In this document: piece by piece, positions 18,782-27,702 of the stretch
Position numbering within the stretch: position 1 is the first letter of the stretch
How the letters are laid out: each line of letters begins with the position of its first letter
DNA from: Desulfovirgula sp.
GTDB taxonomy: Bacteria; Bacillota; Desulfotomaculia; Desulfotomaculales; Desulfocucumaceae
Assembly: GCA_020725625.1 (NCBI GenBank)
Contig: DYET01000052.1
Location: 20,805-84,804 of the forward strand
Length of the DNA stretch: 64,000 nt
Direction of reading: 5' to 3'
Position numbers and translations under genes: made by a program
The notes under the pieces: generated by a model
Seen by the model: only the letters and a program-made list of their open reading frames with translations
What the model was told of the DNA's origin: nothing
Databases searched by the model: none

Positions 18782-19876
18782 ATGAAGTTGCTGAGGAGAG
18801 TTCCGGCGGTGTTGATGGCGGCTCTTTTTTTTATTCAGGGCTGCGCCGGCAGGGAGGCCGGGGTGGAGGTGGCCATTGAAAAGATCCGGGCCAGCGCCCC
18901 GGTCAGCACGGATTACATAACCGGCAAAATCGAGGCCCTGGATTCGGTGACCATTTATCCGAAAGTGGGGGGCAAGGTCTCCCAGGTTACCGTGGACGTC
19001 GGCAGCCGGGTCAAGGCCGGTCAGGTGCTGATGAAAATTGACATGTCCGAAGTTGAGGCCCTCCGGGACCAGTACAGAGCGGCGGTGGAGGACGCCGAGG
19101 CCGGGGTCAAAAAGGCCCGCATCGATTTAGAAACGGCAGCCGAAAACTACCGGAGGGGGCTTTCCCTATACCAGAGCGGGGCCCTTCCCAAGTCCGACTT
19201 TGAAAACAGGTATGCCGTTCCCTACGAACTTGCCAAGATCCAGGCCGAAGAGACGGCCCCGCATAAACTGGCCCAGGCCAGGGCGGTCCTCCAGTCCGTG
19301 GAGGCCAACCTGGCCAACGGCGTAATCACCTCTCCCATAGACGGAGAGGTCACCGCCAGGTACATCAACCCCGGGGAGGTCTGCTCAACCTCCAGGCCGG
19401 TCCTGCTTGTGGCCAACCCGTCCAGGGTCGTGGTGGTGGCCTATGTTGACGACAAGAAAATAAATTCACTGAAACCGGGGCAAAAGGTTGCGGTGAAGGT
19501 GGACTCGGCCGACAAAATGCTGGAGGCCGAGGTCAGAAACCTATCCTTTACCCTGGACCCGGCGGCCAGGGGATACCAGGTAAAATTCCGGGTGGCCGAG
19601 GCCGGTTTCACGGTGAAGCCCGGGATGTTCGCCCGGGTGTACGCCGGCGGGGAACCGCCGAAAAGATTCGTGATTCCCAAATCGGCGCTGGTCGAGGAGA
19701 AGGGCGGCTACTCGGTGTTCGTATACAGCGGCGGCAAAGTAACCAAGTCGCCCGTTCAGGTGGAAAGGATAAGCGACAGGTTGGCGGTGGTGGTGAGCGG
19801 GGTCAGTGAGGGACAGGAGCTGGTGGTGTACAGCAGCACCGGCCTGGAAGACGGAATGGCAGTAACAGTGAGGTGA
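18782..19876 (+). CDS. Efflux adaptor, HlyD/MFP-family lipoprotein
   Basis: Signal peptide and lipobox (FIQGCAG), with biotinyl-lipoyl-like and beta-barrel MFP segments. AGGAGGGG RBS. Confidence 0.85.
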   Translation: MKLLRRVPAVLMAALFFIQGCAGREAGVEVAIEKIRASAPVSTDYITGKIEALDSVTIYPKVGGKVSQVTVDVGSRVKAGQVLMKIDMSEVEALRDQYRAAVEDAEAGVKKARIDLETAAENYRRGLSLYQSGALPKSDFENRYAVPYELAKIQAEETAPHKLAQARAVLQSVEANLANGVITSPIDGEVTARYINPGEVCSTSRPVLLVANPSRVVVVAYVDDKKINSLKPGQKVAVKVDSADKMLEAEVRNLSFTLDPAARGYQVKFRVAEAGFTVKPGMFARVYAGGEPPKRFVIPKSALVEEKGGYSVFVYSGGKVTKSPVQVERISDRLAVVVSGVSEGQELVVYSSTGLEDGMAVTVR

Positions 19877-19883
19877 TTCGGTC

Positions 19884-20540
19884 GTGAAGCAGAAGAGGAA
19901 CATATACATCGTCGTGGCTCTGATGGCGGCCTCCCTCCTGGGGGTGACACTCTATTACTGGTACAACAACACCTACTATGTCAAAACAGAGGATGCCAGG
20001 GTGGACGGGGCCGTGGTCAGGATAAGCCCCCAGGTTACCGGCAGGATAATCAGTGTGAACGTGGAGGAAGGGGACAGGGTGGTGGCCGGCCAGGCCCTGG
20101 CCAGGCTGGATGATACCCTGCTGGCGCCGGGAACCAATCCCGACCTGACCGTGGTGAGGGCTCCGGCCGACGGGCTGATTATTAAAAAAATCGGAAGCAC
20201 CGGGGAAATGGCGACCCCCGGCCAGCCCCTGCTGATGATGCTGGACCCGTACAGCCTATACATAACCGCGAACGTTGAGGAAACAAAGCTCGGCGCGGTC
20301 AGGCCGGGACAGAAAGTGGACGTTTGGGTGGACGCCATACCGGGGCAGAAGTTTGCCGGCCGGGTGGAGAAAATCGGCGAGGCTTCCCTGTCCACGTTCT
20401 CGCTTTTCCCGGCCGTCAACGCCTCGGCCAATTTCACCAAGGTGGTGCAAAGGGTCCCGGTCAAAGTGGTGGTGGAGGATTTCAGGGGCCACCAAGTCTT
20501 GCACGGCACCAATGCGTATGTCAAGATTCACATCAGGTAG
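19884..20540 (+). CDS. HlyD-family secretion protein (short EmrA-like adaptor, N-terminal membrane anchor)
   Basis: 218 aa. One N-terminal TM helix, then YYVKTEDARVDGAVVRISPQVTGRI...EGDRV..GQ.LA.LD, typical of EmrA. Confidence 0.8.
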   Translation: MKQKRNIYIVVALMAASLLGVTLYYWYNNTYYVKTEDARVDGAVVRISPQVTGRIISVNVEEGDRVVAGQALARLDDTLLAPGTNPDLTVVRAPADGLIIKKIGSTGEMATPGQPLLMMLDPYSLYITANVEETKLGAVRPGQKVDVWVDAIPGQKFAGRVEKIGEASLSTFSLFPAVNASANFTKVVQRVPVKVVVEDFRGHQVLHGTNAYVKIHIR

Positions 20541-20552
20541 GTGGCTGGTTCC

Positions 20553-22157
20553 ATGAGCGACCGTCCCTTTTCCTGGCCGGCGTTGCTGGTGCTGGTGCTG
20601 GGGGCCTTTATGTCCATCCTGGACGGCAGCATAGTGAACGTCGCCCTGCCCAGGCTGATGGCCATATTTGGCGTCAGTCCGGATAAAATCCAGTGGGTGA
20701 TGACCGCCTACCTTTTGACATCCGGGGTTGTGGTGCCGGTAACGGGTTACCTGGGGGACAGGTTCGGCTACAAGAGGGTCTATATATACTCCCTGGCGGC
20801 CTTTACGGTGGGTTCGGCCCTGTGCGGGGCGGCCTGGAGCAACGATTCCCTGATTGCCTTCCGGGTGATTCAGGCCCTGGGCGGGGGTATGATCATACCT
20901 CTAAGCATGTCCATAATATTCAGGATGGTCCCCCGGCAAAAGATGGGCATGGCCATGGGCGTGTGGGGGATTTCCGCCACCATGGCCCCGGCCGTCGGGC
21001 CCACCCTGGGCGGCTACCTGGTGGACTATTACAGCTGGCATCTTATTTTTACCATCAACATACCGATCGGTATTATAGCGGTCATTCTTTCCTACCTCTT
21101 TATTGAAGAGACGCCTCTTGTCGGGAGCCTGAAATTCGACGTTCTGGGCTGCTTTTTGTGCTGCGCGGGGCTATTCTGCCTCCTGCTGGCCCTGAGCCGG
21201 GGGCAGGACGAAGGGTGGACCTCCCAGTACATTGTCACCCTGTTCGTGCTGGCCGGGTTCTGCCTGCTGGTCTTCTGCCTCTGGGAGCTGCATGTCCCGC
21301 ATCCCATGCTGGACATCAGGCTTTTTGCCAACAAGGTCTACACCGCCAGTATCGCCGCCGTCTGCATGACTTCCATCACCATGTTCGCCGCCATTTTTCT
21401 GGTTCCCATATACTGCCAGAGCCTGCAGGGGATGACGCCCATGCAGACCGGGCTTTTGGTCATGCCCATGGCCCTGGCCACGGGCATCATGATGCCCGTG
21501 AGCGGCAGGCTTTTCGACAAGATCGGCGCCCTTCCCCTTGGATTGGTGGGGCTGGTTATAGCCGGGACATTTACCGTTATGTTGGGCTTTATCAACCTGG
21601 ACACCGGCTACCGCGCCCTGCAGGTCCTGCTGGTGCTGAGGGCGGTGGGCCTGGGGCTTTGCATGATGCCCATATCCACCGCCGGCATGAACACCATTCC
21701 GCCGGCACTGGTGGGGCGCGCCTCGGCCATAAACAACCTGATCCGGCAGATTTCGGCCTCCCTGGGCATCGCCTACATGACTTACATCATGCTGGACAGG
21801 CAGGCCCTCCATGCGGCCCGGCTGGCCGACGGCGTGAACTGGACCTCGCCGGCGGCGGTGGAGACATACAAACGCCTGTCTTACCTGGCCAATTTAGGCT
21901 TCGGCCCAGGCGCCGGCGATTCGACGGCCCTGGGATACATCAACATGCTGGTTCAGAAGCAGGCCATGGTCCAGGGCATCGGGGACGCACTGCTGGTAAG
22001 CGCCCTGGCGGCCTTCCTGACCATTCCGCTCCTGTTTCCCCTCAGCAAAAAGAAGGTGGAGGAGGCCAGGAGAAGGGAAATGGTCCGGTATGCCAATCTG
22101 ATGGGGGCCGGTCCAGCCGGAGGAGGCCCCGGGCCGGGGATGTGCAAGACGATTTAA
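20553..22157 (+). CDS. MFS transporter, DHA2 (EmrB/QacA) 14-TMS drug:H+ antiporter family
   Basis: ILDGSIVNVALP, GYLGDRFGYKR and ALGGGMI motifs. The track ORF starts 4 codons earlier (GTG 20541). Confidence 0.9.
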   Translation: MSDRPFSWPALLVLVLGAFMSILDGSIVNVALPRLMAIFGVSPDKIQWVMTAYLLTSGVVVPVTGYLGDRFGYKRVYIYSLAAFTVGSALCGAAWSNDSLIAFRVIQALGGGMIIPLSMSIIFRMVPRQKMGMAMGVWGISATMAPAVGPTLGGYLVDYYSWHLIFTINIPIGIIAVILSYLFIEETPLVGSLKFDVLGCFLCCAGLFCLLLALSRGQDEGWTSQYIVTLFVLAGFCLLVFCLWELHVPHPMLDIRLFANKVYTASIAAVCMTSITMFAAIFLVPIYCQSLQGMTPMQTGLLVMPMALATGIMMPVSGRLFDKIGALPLGLVGLVIAGTFTVMLGFINLDTGYRALQVLLVLRAVGLGLCMMPISTAGMNTIPPALVGRASAINNLIRQISASLGIAYMTYIMLDRQALHAARLADGVNWTSPAAVETYKRLSYLANLGFGPGAGDSTALGYINMLVQKQAMVQGIGDALLVSALAAFLTIPLLFPLSKKKVEEARRREMVRYANLMGAGPAGGGPGPGMCKTI

Positions 22158-22227
22158 GCGGTCCCGCAAAATATGTGTGGTAAACTGATGAAAAATTATT
22201 TATAATTACTTTATCAATAATCAATGC

Positions 22228-22342
22228 GGTCCATGAAGGACGTGTCTTAAAGGCCCCGATTATGAATCGGCTGAAACGAGGCCACGGAGGCTCATTGCTC
22301 GCAGTGAATTGTGGGGGAATGGCCGTCGTGGTTTTGTTTTTT
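22228..22342 (+). promoter_or_regulatory. Structured 5' leader, copy 1 of the twin-hairpin motif (CC-AUGAA-GG, CC-ACGGA-GG), with terminator
   Basis: Hairpin GUCC-AUGAA-GGAC at 22229-22241. CCGAUU-aug-AAUCGG follows. GGCC-ACGGA-GGCU lies around 22282-22290. 22282-22292 pairs with 22321-22331, followed by UUUUGUUUUUU. TATAAT at 22201-22206. Confidence 0.55.
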
Positions 22343-22382
22343 GGTGCTGTTTTAATATTGAGAAGAAAGGGTGGTATTTTAC

Positions 22383-23999
22383 GTGTTTTCAAAGTGGAGC
22401 TTAAAAAAGACGCTGGCCGTGACAATGCTGCTGTTATTACCGGCCCTCGCCGCGTCCGGCTGCGGCGGGAAGCAGAAGGGTGGGGACAAGCCGGCGGAGA
22501 CAAAAGAAATTGTTTATACCGTCGCCGATCCCACGGGAGACTGGGGCTTCCCTTCCCCGTTCGCTCATTATACAAGGGGGCCGGGTTATATAAGAATGAG
22601 CTTTCTATTCGACACGCTGGTATGGAAGGACGACAAAGGGTATGTTCCGGCACTGGCCAAAAGCTGGGAGTATAACAGGGAAGAAAACGCCTACACGTTC
22701 AAGCTTCAGGAAAACGCCACCTGGCATGACGGCAAGAAGTTTACGGCGCGGGACGTCGCCTTTACCATAGAATACACCAAGGAAAACCCGTATCAGGGGG
22801 TGGACTCCGGTGTGGTCAAAAAGGCCGAGGTGTTAAGTGATCACGAGATAAAGATATCCCTTAGCAAGCCTTACGCGCCTTTTCTGGACTATATCGGCTG
22901 CACTTTGCCCATCCTGCCGGAGCACATATGGAGAGACGTGAAGTCCCCCCAGCAATACCAGCAGAAGGAGGCATTGATTGGGACGGGGCCCTTTACCCTG
23001 GCCGATTACAACAAGGAGCAGGGTACTTACCTGTACAGGGCTAACGACCGGTACTACCAGGGCAGGCCGAAAGTGGCGGAGATAAGATTTATTAAAGTGG
23101 GTGCCGAGGTGGTTGCCGCAGCATTGAGGCAAAAACAGGCCAGCGCAGCCCAGGTGCCTCCCGAGCTGAGCAGGGAACTGGAAAAGGAAGGGTTTAAAAT
23201 ACTGGTGGGCAAACACGACTGGGTGGCCAAACTGATGATCAACCACCAGAAGGAACCCTTTAATAAAAAGGAATTCCGGCAGGCTCTGGCCTATGCCGTG
23301 GACCGGAAGGCGCTTGTGGACACCTGCCTGAGAGGGCATGGGATTCCAGGCAGCCCGGGTTTTGTGCCGGCAGACAGCAAGTGGTACAACCCGGTGCTGG
23401 ACGGTAAGTATCCGCACAGTCCGGAAAAGGCCGCCGATCTAATCAAGGGGTTGGGGTACGAGAAAAAGGGCAATTATTTTGAGAAAAACGGCCAAGCGCT
23501 GGAAGTGGAGCTTCTAATCAGCGGCAAAGGGACCGGGGTGCCCGGTTCCCCGGGAGAGCGCGAGGGAGAAATGATTAAAAATCATCTGGAAAAACTGGGC
23601 ATAAAGGTCAACATGCGCGGGCTCGAGTCAAAGACTCTGGACAACAGGGTGGCTGAGTGGAAATTTGACATCGCGCTGACCGGTCACGGCGGTATGGGAG
23701 GTGATCCAGAGACACTTAACAGGATGATCCTGGGCAAAAGTTTCAACAGCGCCAGATATCAGAACAACAAAGATCTAAACGCGTTGCTGAATCAGCAGAT
23801 GGCTGCCATGGACGGCGAAAAGAGGGCCGAACTGGTGAAAAAAATACAGGAGCTTTATGCCGAAGAAATGCCCGCTCTGCCCCTGTACTCCCCCACCTGG
23901 TACTGGGCCCATGACGGCAGGGTAGACCTCTTTTACACTTTCCAGGGCGTGGCCAACGGCGTGCCCATACCGCTTAACAAAATGGCTTTCGTTAAATAG
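22383..23999 (+). CDS. ABC transporter substrate-binding lipoprotein, family 5 (peptide/nickel, OppA/DppA/NikA-like)
   Basis: Lipobox LAASGCGG, then the family-5 pattern (FKLQENATWHDGKKFTARDVAFT...). GTG 22383 follows AAAGGGTGG. The track starts 4 codons earlier. Confidence 0.88.
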   Translation: MFSKWSLKKTLAVTMLLLLPALAASGCGGKQKGGDKPAETKEIVYTVADPTGDWGFPSPFAHYTRGPGYIRMSFLFDTLVWKDDKGYVPALAKSWEYNREENAYTFKLQENATWHDGKKFTARDVAFTIEYTKENPYQGVDSGVVKKAEVLSDHEIKISLSKPYAPFLDYIGCTLPILPEHIWRDVKSPQQYQQKEALIGTGPFTLADYNKEQGTYLYRANDRYYQGRPKVAEIRFIKVGAEVVAAALRQKQASAAQVPPELSRELEKEGFKILVGKHDWVAKLMINHQKEPFNKKEFRQALAYAVDRKALVDTCLRGHGIPGSPGFVPADSKWYNPVLDGKYPHSPEKAADLIKGLGYEKKGNYFEKNGQALEVELLISGKGTGVPGSPGEREGEMIKNHLEKLGIKVNMRGLESKTLDNRVAEWKFDIALTGHGGMGGDPETLNRMILGKSFNSARYQNNKDLNALLNQQMAAMDGEKRAELVKKIQELYAEEMPALPLYSPTWYWAHDGRVDLFYTFQGVANGVPIPLNKMAFVK

Positions 24000-24036
24000 C
24001 GGGGCGGGTTCAGCGGGACCGAAGCGGAGCAGTTAA

Positions 24037-24207
24037 TTGACTTTTCTCCATATGTAAAATATAATTTAATTTAAAAGCTTGCCATGAAGGCATTCGGTCT
24101 TTGGCGTATTCGTTTGACAAACAATTATTAAAAAACCAAAGAAATGTAAAACGGCCACGGAGGTCCTCGTTTTGCCGGGAAAGGCAAAGGGAAACAGTGG
24201 CTTTTTT
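24037..24207 (+). promoter_or_regulatory. Internal promoter (TTGACT-17-TATAAT) plus structured leader, copy 2 of the twin-hairpin motif, ending in a GCCAC...GUGGC-U6 terminator-like stem
   Basis: TTGACT 24037-24042; TATAAT 24060-24065; UGCC-AUGAA-GGCA 24081-24091; UCUUUGG...CCAAAGA stem; GGCC-ACGGA-GGUC around 24155-24163; GUGGC 24197-24201 followed by TTTTTT. Confidence 0.55.
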
Positions 24208-24226
24208 ATTGGGGAGAAGTCCCGCA

Positions 24227-25198
24227 GTGGATAAAAAAAACACGGCGATTAGCTATGGTATTGCTCTGCTGGTTATACTGACCCTTAACTTCGTACTGCC
24301 CAGGCTTATGCCGGGCGACCCGCTGCAGGCCATCTACGGGGATGAGGCATTGATTGCCATGACCCCTGAACTTAAGGCGGATATTGTCAGGAGATTTTCG
24401 CTGGACAAGCCGCTGGGGGATCAGTTTGCGGCATATGCGGCGGCATTGGCCAGGGGTGACCTGGGACACTCTTATTATTTCAACGCACCGGTTATAAATA
24501 TAATCCTCGGCCGGCTTCCATGGACACTGCTTTTAGTCGGCCTGGCGGTGGTCATATCTACTGCTGCCGGGCTGATCATGGGGATAGAGGCGGGATACAG
24601 ACGCGGCAGGGTTCCGGATCACCTAGTAATCGCGGGGATGATGCTGGTCAGCGGGTTTCCGGACTTTTTCGTGGGTATGCTTTTGTTGCTGCTGTTTGGT
24701 GTCACGCTGGGGCTGGTGCCAATAGCGGGGGGCATGACCCCGTACGCATCCCACAGCGGGTTGGCGGTCCTGCTGGACGTTATGCACCACCTGGCGCTGC
24801 CCCTGGCCTCGCTGGCGCTGGTCAGGCTGGGCGGGACCTGCCTGCTGGCCCGTAACACCATGGTGATTACGCTGGGGGAGCCGTTCATAACTACGGCTAG
24901 GGCCAAGGGCTGTCCCGATTACGCTGTCAGGTACAGACATGCAGGGAGAAGCACCCTGCTGCCAGTGGTTACGGCGGCAGGGCTGCAGCTGCCGCACATG
25001 ATATCCGGAGCATTGTTTGTGGAGATGGTTTTTTCCTATCCGGGCATGGGCACGATTCTCTACAACTCCCTGTTAACCAGGGACTACCCGCTTTTACAGG
25101 GCATTTTGCTTTTCATAACCTTAACGGTGCTGGCGGTCAACCTGTTGGCCGATCTGCTTTATATGAGAATTGACCCGAGGGTGACATATGCACGTTAA
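24227..25198 (+). CDS. ABC transporter permease (DppB/NikB-like)
   Basis: LPRLMPGDPLQ N-terminal motif and a BPD_transp_1 core. GTG 24227 follows GGGGAGAAG. The upstream part of track ORF 24101.. covers the leader and is not coding. Confidence 0.85.
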   Translation: MDKKNTAISYGIALLVILTLNFVLPRLMPGDPLQAIYGDEALIAMTPELKADIVRRFSLDKPLGDQFAAYAAALARGDLGHSYYFNAPVINIILGRLPWTLLLVGLAVVISTAAGLIMGIEAGYRRGRVPDHLVIAGMMLVSGFPDFFVGMLLLLLFGVTLGLVPIAGGMTPYASHSGLAVLLDVMHHLALPLASLALVRLGGTCLLARNTMVITLGEPFITTARAKGCPDYAVRYRHAGRSTLLPVVTAAGLQLPHMISGALFVEMVFSYPGMGTILYNSLLTRDYPLLQGILLFITLTVLAVNLLADLLYMRIDPRVTYAR

Positions 25199-26051
25199 TT
25201 ACTGGAGAGAGGTCAAAAGAAATGGTTTCGGAAAGGCGGGGCTGGCGATTATTCTGCTGATGGCCGCAACCGCCGCCGCCGCTCCCCTCATGGCCAAGTT
25301 CAGCCCAGGCGAGTACACGGGTCATATATTCCACCCGCCTTCGGCCAGGTTCTGGCTGGGTACCAACGACGTGGGGCAGGATATCTGGTCGCACCTGGTG
25401 TACGGGGCCCGCACGTCTTTGGCAGTGGCTTTCGGCGTTTCTTTTTTGTCGGTTGCCTTCAGCGTGCTGGCGGGTGGGCTGGCGGCCATAACTGGAGGGA
25501 CTTTGGACCGGCTGGTGATGAGGCTGGTAGACTCCCTGATCATAATCCCCCCTCTGGTGGTGGTCATACTGGTGGCTGCCTACGTCCGTCCAAGCCTGGT
25601 GCTGATGATCGTCATGTTGGCGGCCATAATGTGGCCGGGGGGGGCGCGGGTGGTCAGGTCCCAGGTGTTGTCCCTCAGGGAAAGAATGCACGTGGATGCG
25701 GCCAGGACTTTCGGTGCCGGCCGGGCATATTTGCTGCGAAGGCACATAATCCCAGAGATGGGGCCGATACTGACGGCGGTGCTGATACAAAACGCCCGCA
25801 GGGCGGTGTTCATGGAAGCGGGACTCTCGTTTCTCGGCGTTTCCGATCCCTCGGTGTGCAGCTGGGGTAAGATGATGCAGCACGCCCTCAGGTTTTCATA
25901 CCTGGAGGTGTGGAAATGGTGGCTATTACCTGCCGGATCAGCTCTTTCACTGACTATGGCGGGACTTATATACACGGGGTTTGCCTTGGAAACGGTTTTG
26001 AACCCGAGAATGAGGAAAGAGGCGGCACATGCTGACAATCAGGGGGCTTAA
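25188..26051 (+). CDS. ABC transporter permease (DppC/NikC-like)
   Basis: 287 aa with LGTNDVGQDIWS, typical of DppC/OppC N-termini, and 6 predicted TMS. Overlaps the neighbouring genes. Confidence 0.88.
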   Translation: MHVNYWREVKRNGFGKAGLAIILLMAATAAAAPLMAKFSPGEYTGHIFHPPSARFWLGTNDVGQDIWSHLVYGARTSLAVAFGVSFLSVAFSVLAGGLAAITGGTLDRLVMRLVDSLIIIPPLVVVILVAAYVRPSLVLMIVMLAAIMWPGGARVVRSQVLSLRERMHVDAARTFGAGRAYLLRRHIIPEMGPILTAVLIQNARRAVFMEAGLSFLGVSDPSVCSWGKMMQHALRFSYLEVWKWWLLPAGSALSLTMAGLIYTGFALETVLNPRMRKEAAHADNQGA

Positions 26052-27693
26052 GGTTTCATACAACGGGGTGCCGGTTATCAACGGGCTGGACATTTCTGTG
26101 ACCAAGGGAGAGGCGGTCTCGGTCATCGGCGAGTCGGGGGCCGGAAAAACCACCCTGGGCCTCTGCGTCATGGGGCTGGTGGAAGGGCAATGCTCGGGGG
26201 AAATCATAATTAACAACAGGAATATTTTTAAAATGTCCGGGGAGGACCTGAGAAAATCCCGCGGCAAGTTGATGTCCATGGTGTTTCAGAATACAGAAAA
26301 TGCCCTGCACCCGCTGTATACTGTGAAGGACCAGGTTGCGGAGGCGATTTTGTTGCACGAGAACGTGAGGAGATCCGAAGCGGTGGCACGGGCCGGCGAA
26401 ATATTGCATGCCGTGGGAATAGAGGGCGTCTGGTCGGAAGCCCACCCCCACCGGCTCAGCGGCGGGCAAAAACAAAGGGTTCTGATTGCTCTGGCCCTGG
26501 TCAACGGCCCGGAGGTGGTCATTCTGGACGAGCCTACGGCCTCCCTGGACGTGCTGACCAAAGAAGAGATCATCCTGTTGATAAAAAGGTTGACCAGGGA
26601 CAAAGCGACCCTGGTGATCACCCACGACATCTCCACGGCGGCCAGGGTCGGCGGTCGGCTGGCCGTAATGTACGCGGGCAAAATCCTGGAGGCCGGCCCC
26701 ACGGAAGAGGTGCTGTCAAATCCACGCCACCCGTATACCAGGGGCCTGATTAGGTCATATCCGGACATGTCGGCAACCAAGGACTTGCAGGGGATACCAG
26801 GCAGGATGACGCGCGGGGTTCCGGGCTGCCCTTTTCATCCCAGGTGCACCCAAAAGATATCCGTCTGTTACACTGAACCGCCGGCGCCGTTGGAAAGCGG
26901 CGACCGCCAGGTGGCGTGTCACCGCGGGGGTATTGTGCCGCTTTTGGAAGTGGAAGGGCTGGTCAAGACTTTTGGATCAATAGAAGCGGTGCGGGGTGTA
27001 AACCTCACCCTTTACGAGGGTGAGACTCTGGCCCTGGTGGGCGAGAGCGGATCGGGGAAGTCTACGCTGGCCAAGATGATTATCGGAATACACAGCCCCG
27101 ACAGCGGCGTTATCAGGCTGGAGGGGGAAATTCTCGCGGCCAGGCGCCCCGCTGAATTTTACCGCAAGGTGCAGATGGTGTTCCAGAACCCCGGTGAGTC
27201 CGTAAGCCACCGGATGAACGTGCTGGAAGTGGTAAGGGAGCCTCTGGACGTCAGGGGGAATGAATGCGAGGACAAAAAACTGGATACAGTCAGGCGTGTG
27301 CTTGACGAAGTTGAATTACCGGGGGACGATGAGTTTTTAAGTAAATACCCCCACCACCTGAGCGGGGGGGAGGTGCAAAGGCTGGCCATAGCCAGGGCGC
27401 TGGTGCTGAATCCAAAAATATTGATAGCCGATGAGCCGACGTCCGCCTTGGACGCCAGCGTGCAGGCCAAAATACTAAAGCTGCTGCTAAACCTGCAGGA
27501 AAAAAGGGGCCTGGCCATATTGATGATAACCCACGACATCGCCCTGGCCCGGAAGGTCAGCGACAGGATGGCGGTGATGCTGAAGGGGGAAATAGTGGAG
27601 GAGGGGCGCACGGCGGTTCTGTCTTCCGCGCCTGCGCACAGCTACACCAAAAGCCTGATTGGCTGTATGAACAAGAATAATGTTATCAAATGA
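26029..27693 (+). CDS. ABC transporter ATP-binding protein with two fused ATPase domains (DppD-DppF / NikD-NikE fusion)
   Basis: 554 aa with two Walker A sites (GESGAGKTT, GESGSGKST), two signatures (LSGGQKQR, LSGGEVQR) and an oligopeptide-type C-terminal extension (HPYTRGL...CPFHPRC) after domain 1. Confidence 0.9.
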   Translation: MLTIRGLKVSYNGVPVINGLDISVTKGEAVSVIGESGAGKTTLGLCVMGLVEGQCSGEIIINNRNIFKMSGEDLRKSRGKLMSMVFQNTENALHPLYTVKDQVAEAILLHENVRRSEAVARAGEILHAVGIEGVWSEAHPHRLSGGQKQRVLIALALVNGPEVVILDEPTASLDVLTKEEIILLIKRLTRDKATLVITHDISTAARVGGRLAVMYAGKILEAGPTEEVLSNPRHPYTRGLIRSYPDMSATKDLQGIPGRMTRGVPGCPFHPRCTQKISVCYTEPPAPLESGDRQVACHRGGIVPLLEVEGLVKTFGSIEAVRGVNLTLYEGETLALVGESGSGKSTLAKMIIGIHSPDSGVIRLEGEILAARRPAEFYRKVQMVFQNPGESVSHRMNVLEVVREPLDVRGNECEDKKLDTVRRVLDEVELPGDDEFLSKYPHHLSGGEVQRLAIARALVLNPKILIADEPTSALDASVQAKILKLLLNLQEKRGLAILMITHDIALARKVSDRMAVMLKGEIVEEGRTAVLSSAPAHSYTKSLIGCMNKNNVIK

Positions 27694-27702
27694 ATATTTT
27701 TG

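Noticed and set aside
22228-22342. Assignment of the twin-hairpin leaders to a known class: cobalamin riboswitch, NiCo (czcD) riboswitch, guanidine-II (mini-ykkC, two ACGR loops), or the PyrR binding loop (UCCAGAGAGG).
   Set aside because: - There is no B12 box or GGGAA/GCCACUG core, and no four-way-junction ACAG pattern.
- Guanidine-II loops are ACGR tetraloops closed G-C. Here the loops are AYGRA pentaloops closed C-G, and only one of the two contains ACGG.
- The PyrR motif differs at 3 of 9 positions, and the downstream genes are not pyr genes.
- All of this was judged from memory of the consensus sequences, so a cmscan is still required.
22233-24131. Mini-ORFs starting at the AUG of the AUGAA loops: MKDVS at 22233-22250 and MKAFGLWRIRLTNNY at 24084-24131, considered as leader peptides.
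   Set aside because: Neither has an SD sequence upstream, and their lengths and sequences are unrelated. The conserved feature is the hairpin, not the peptide.
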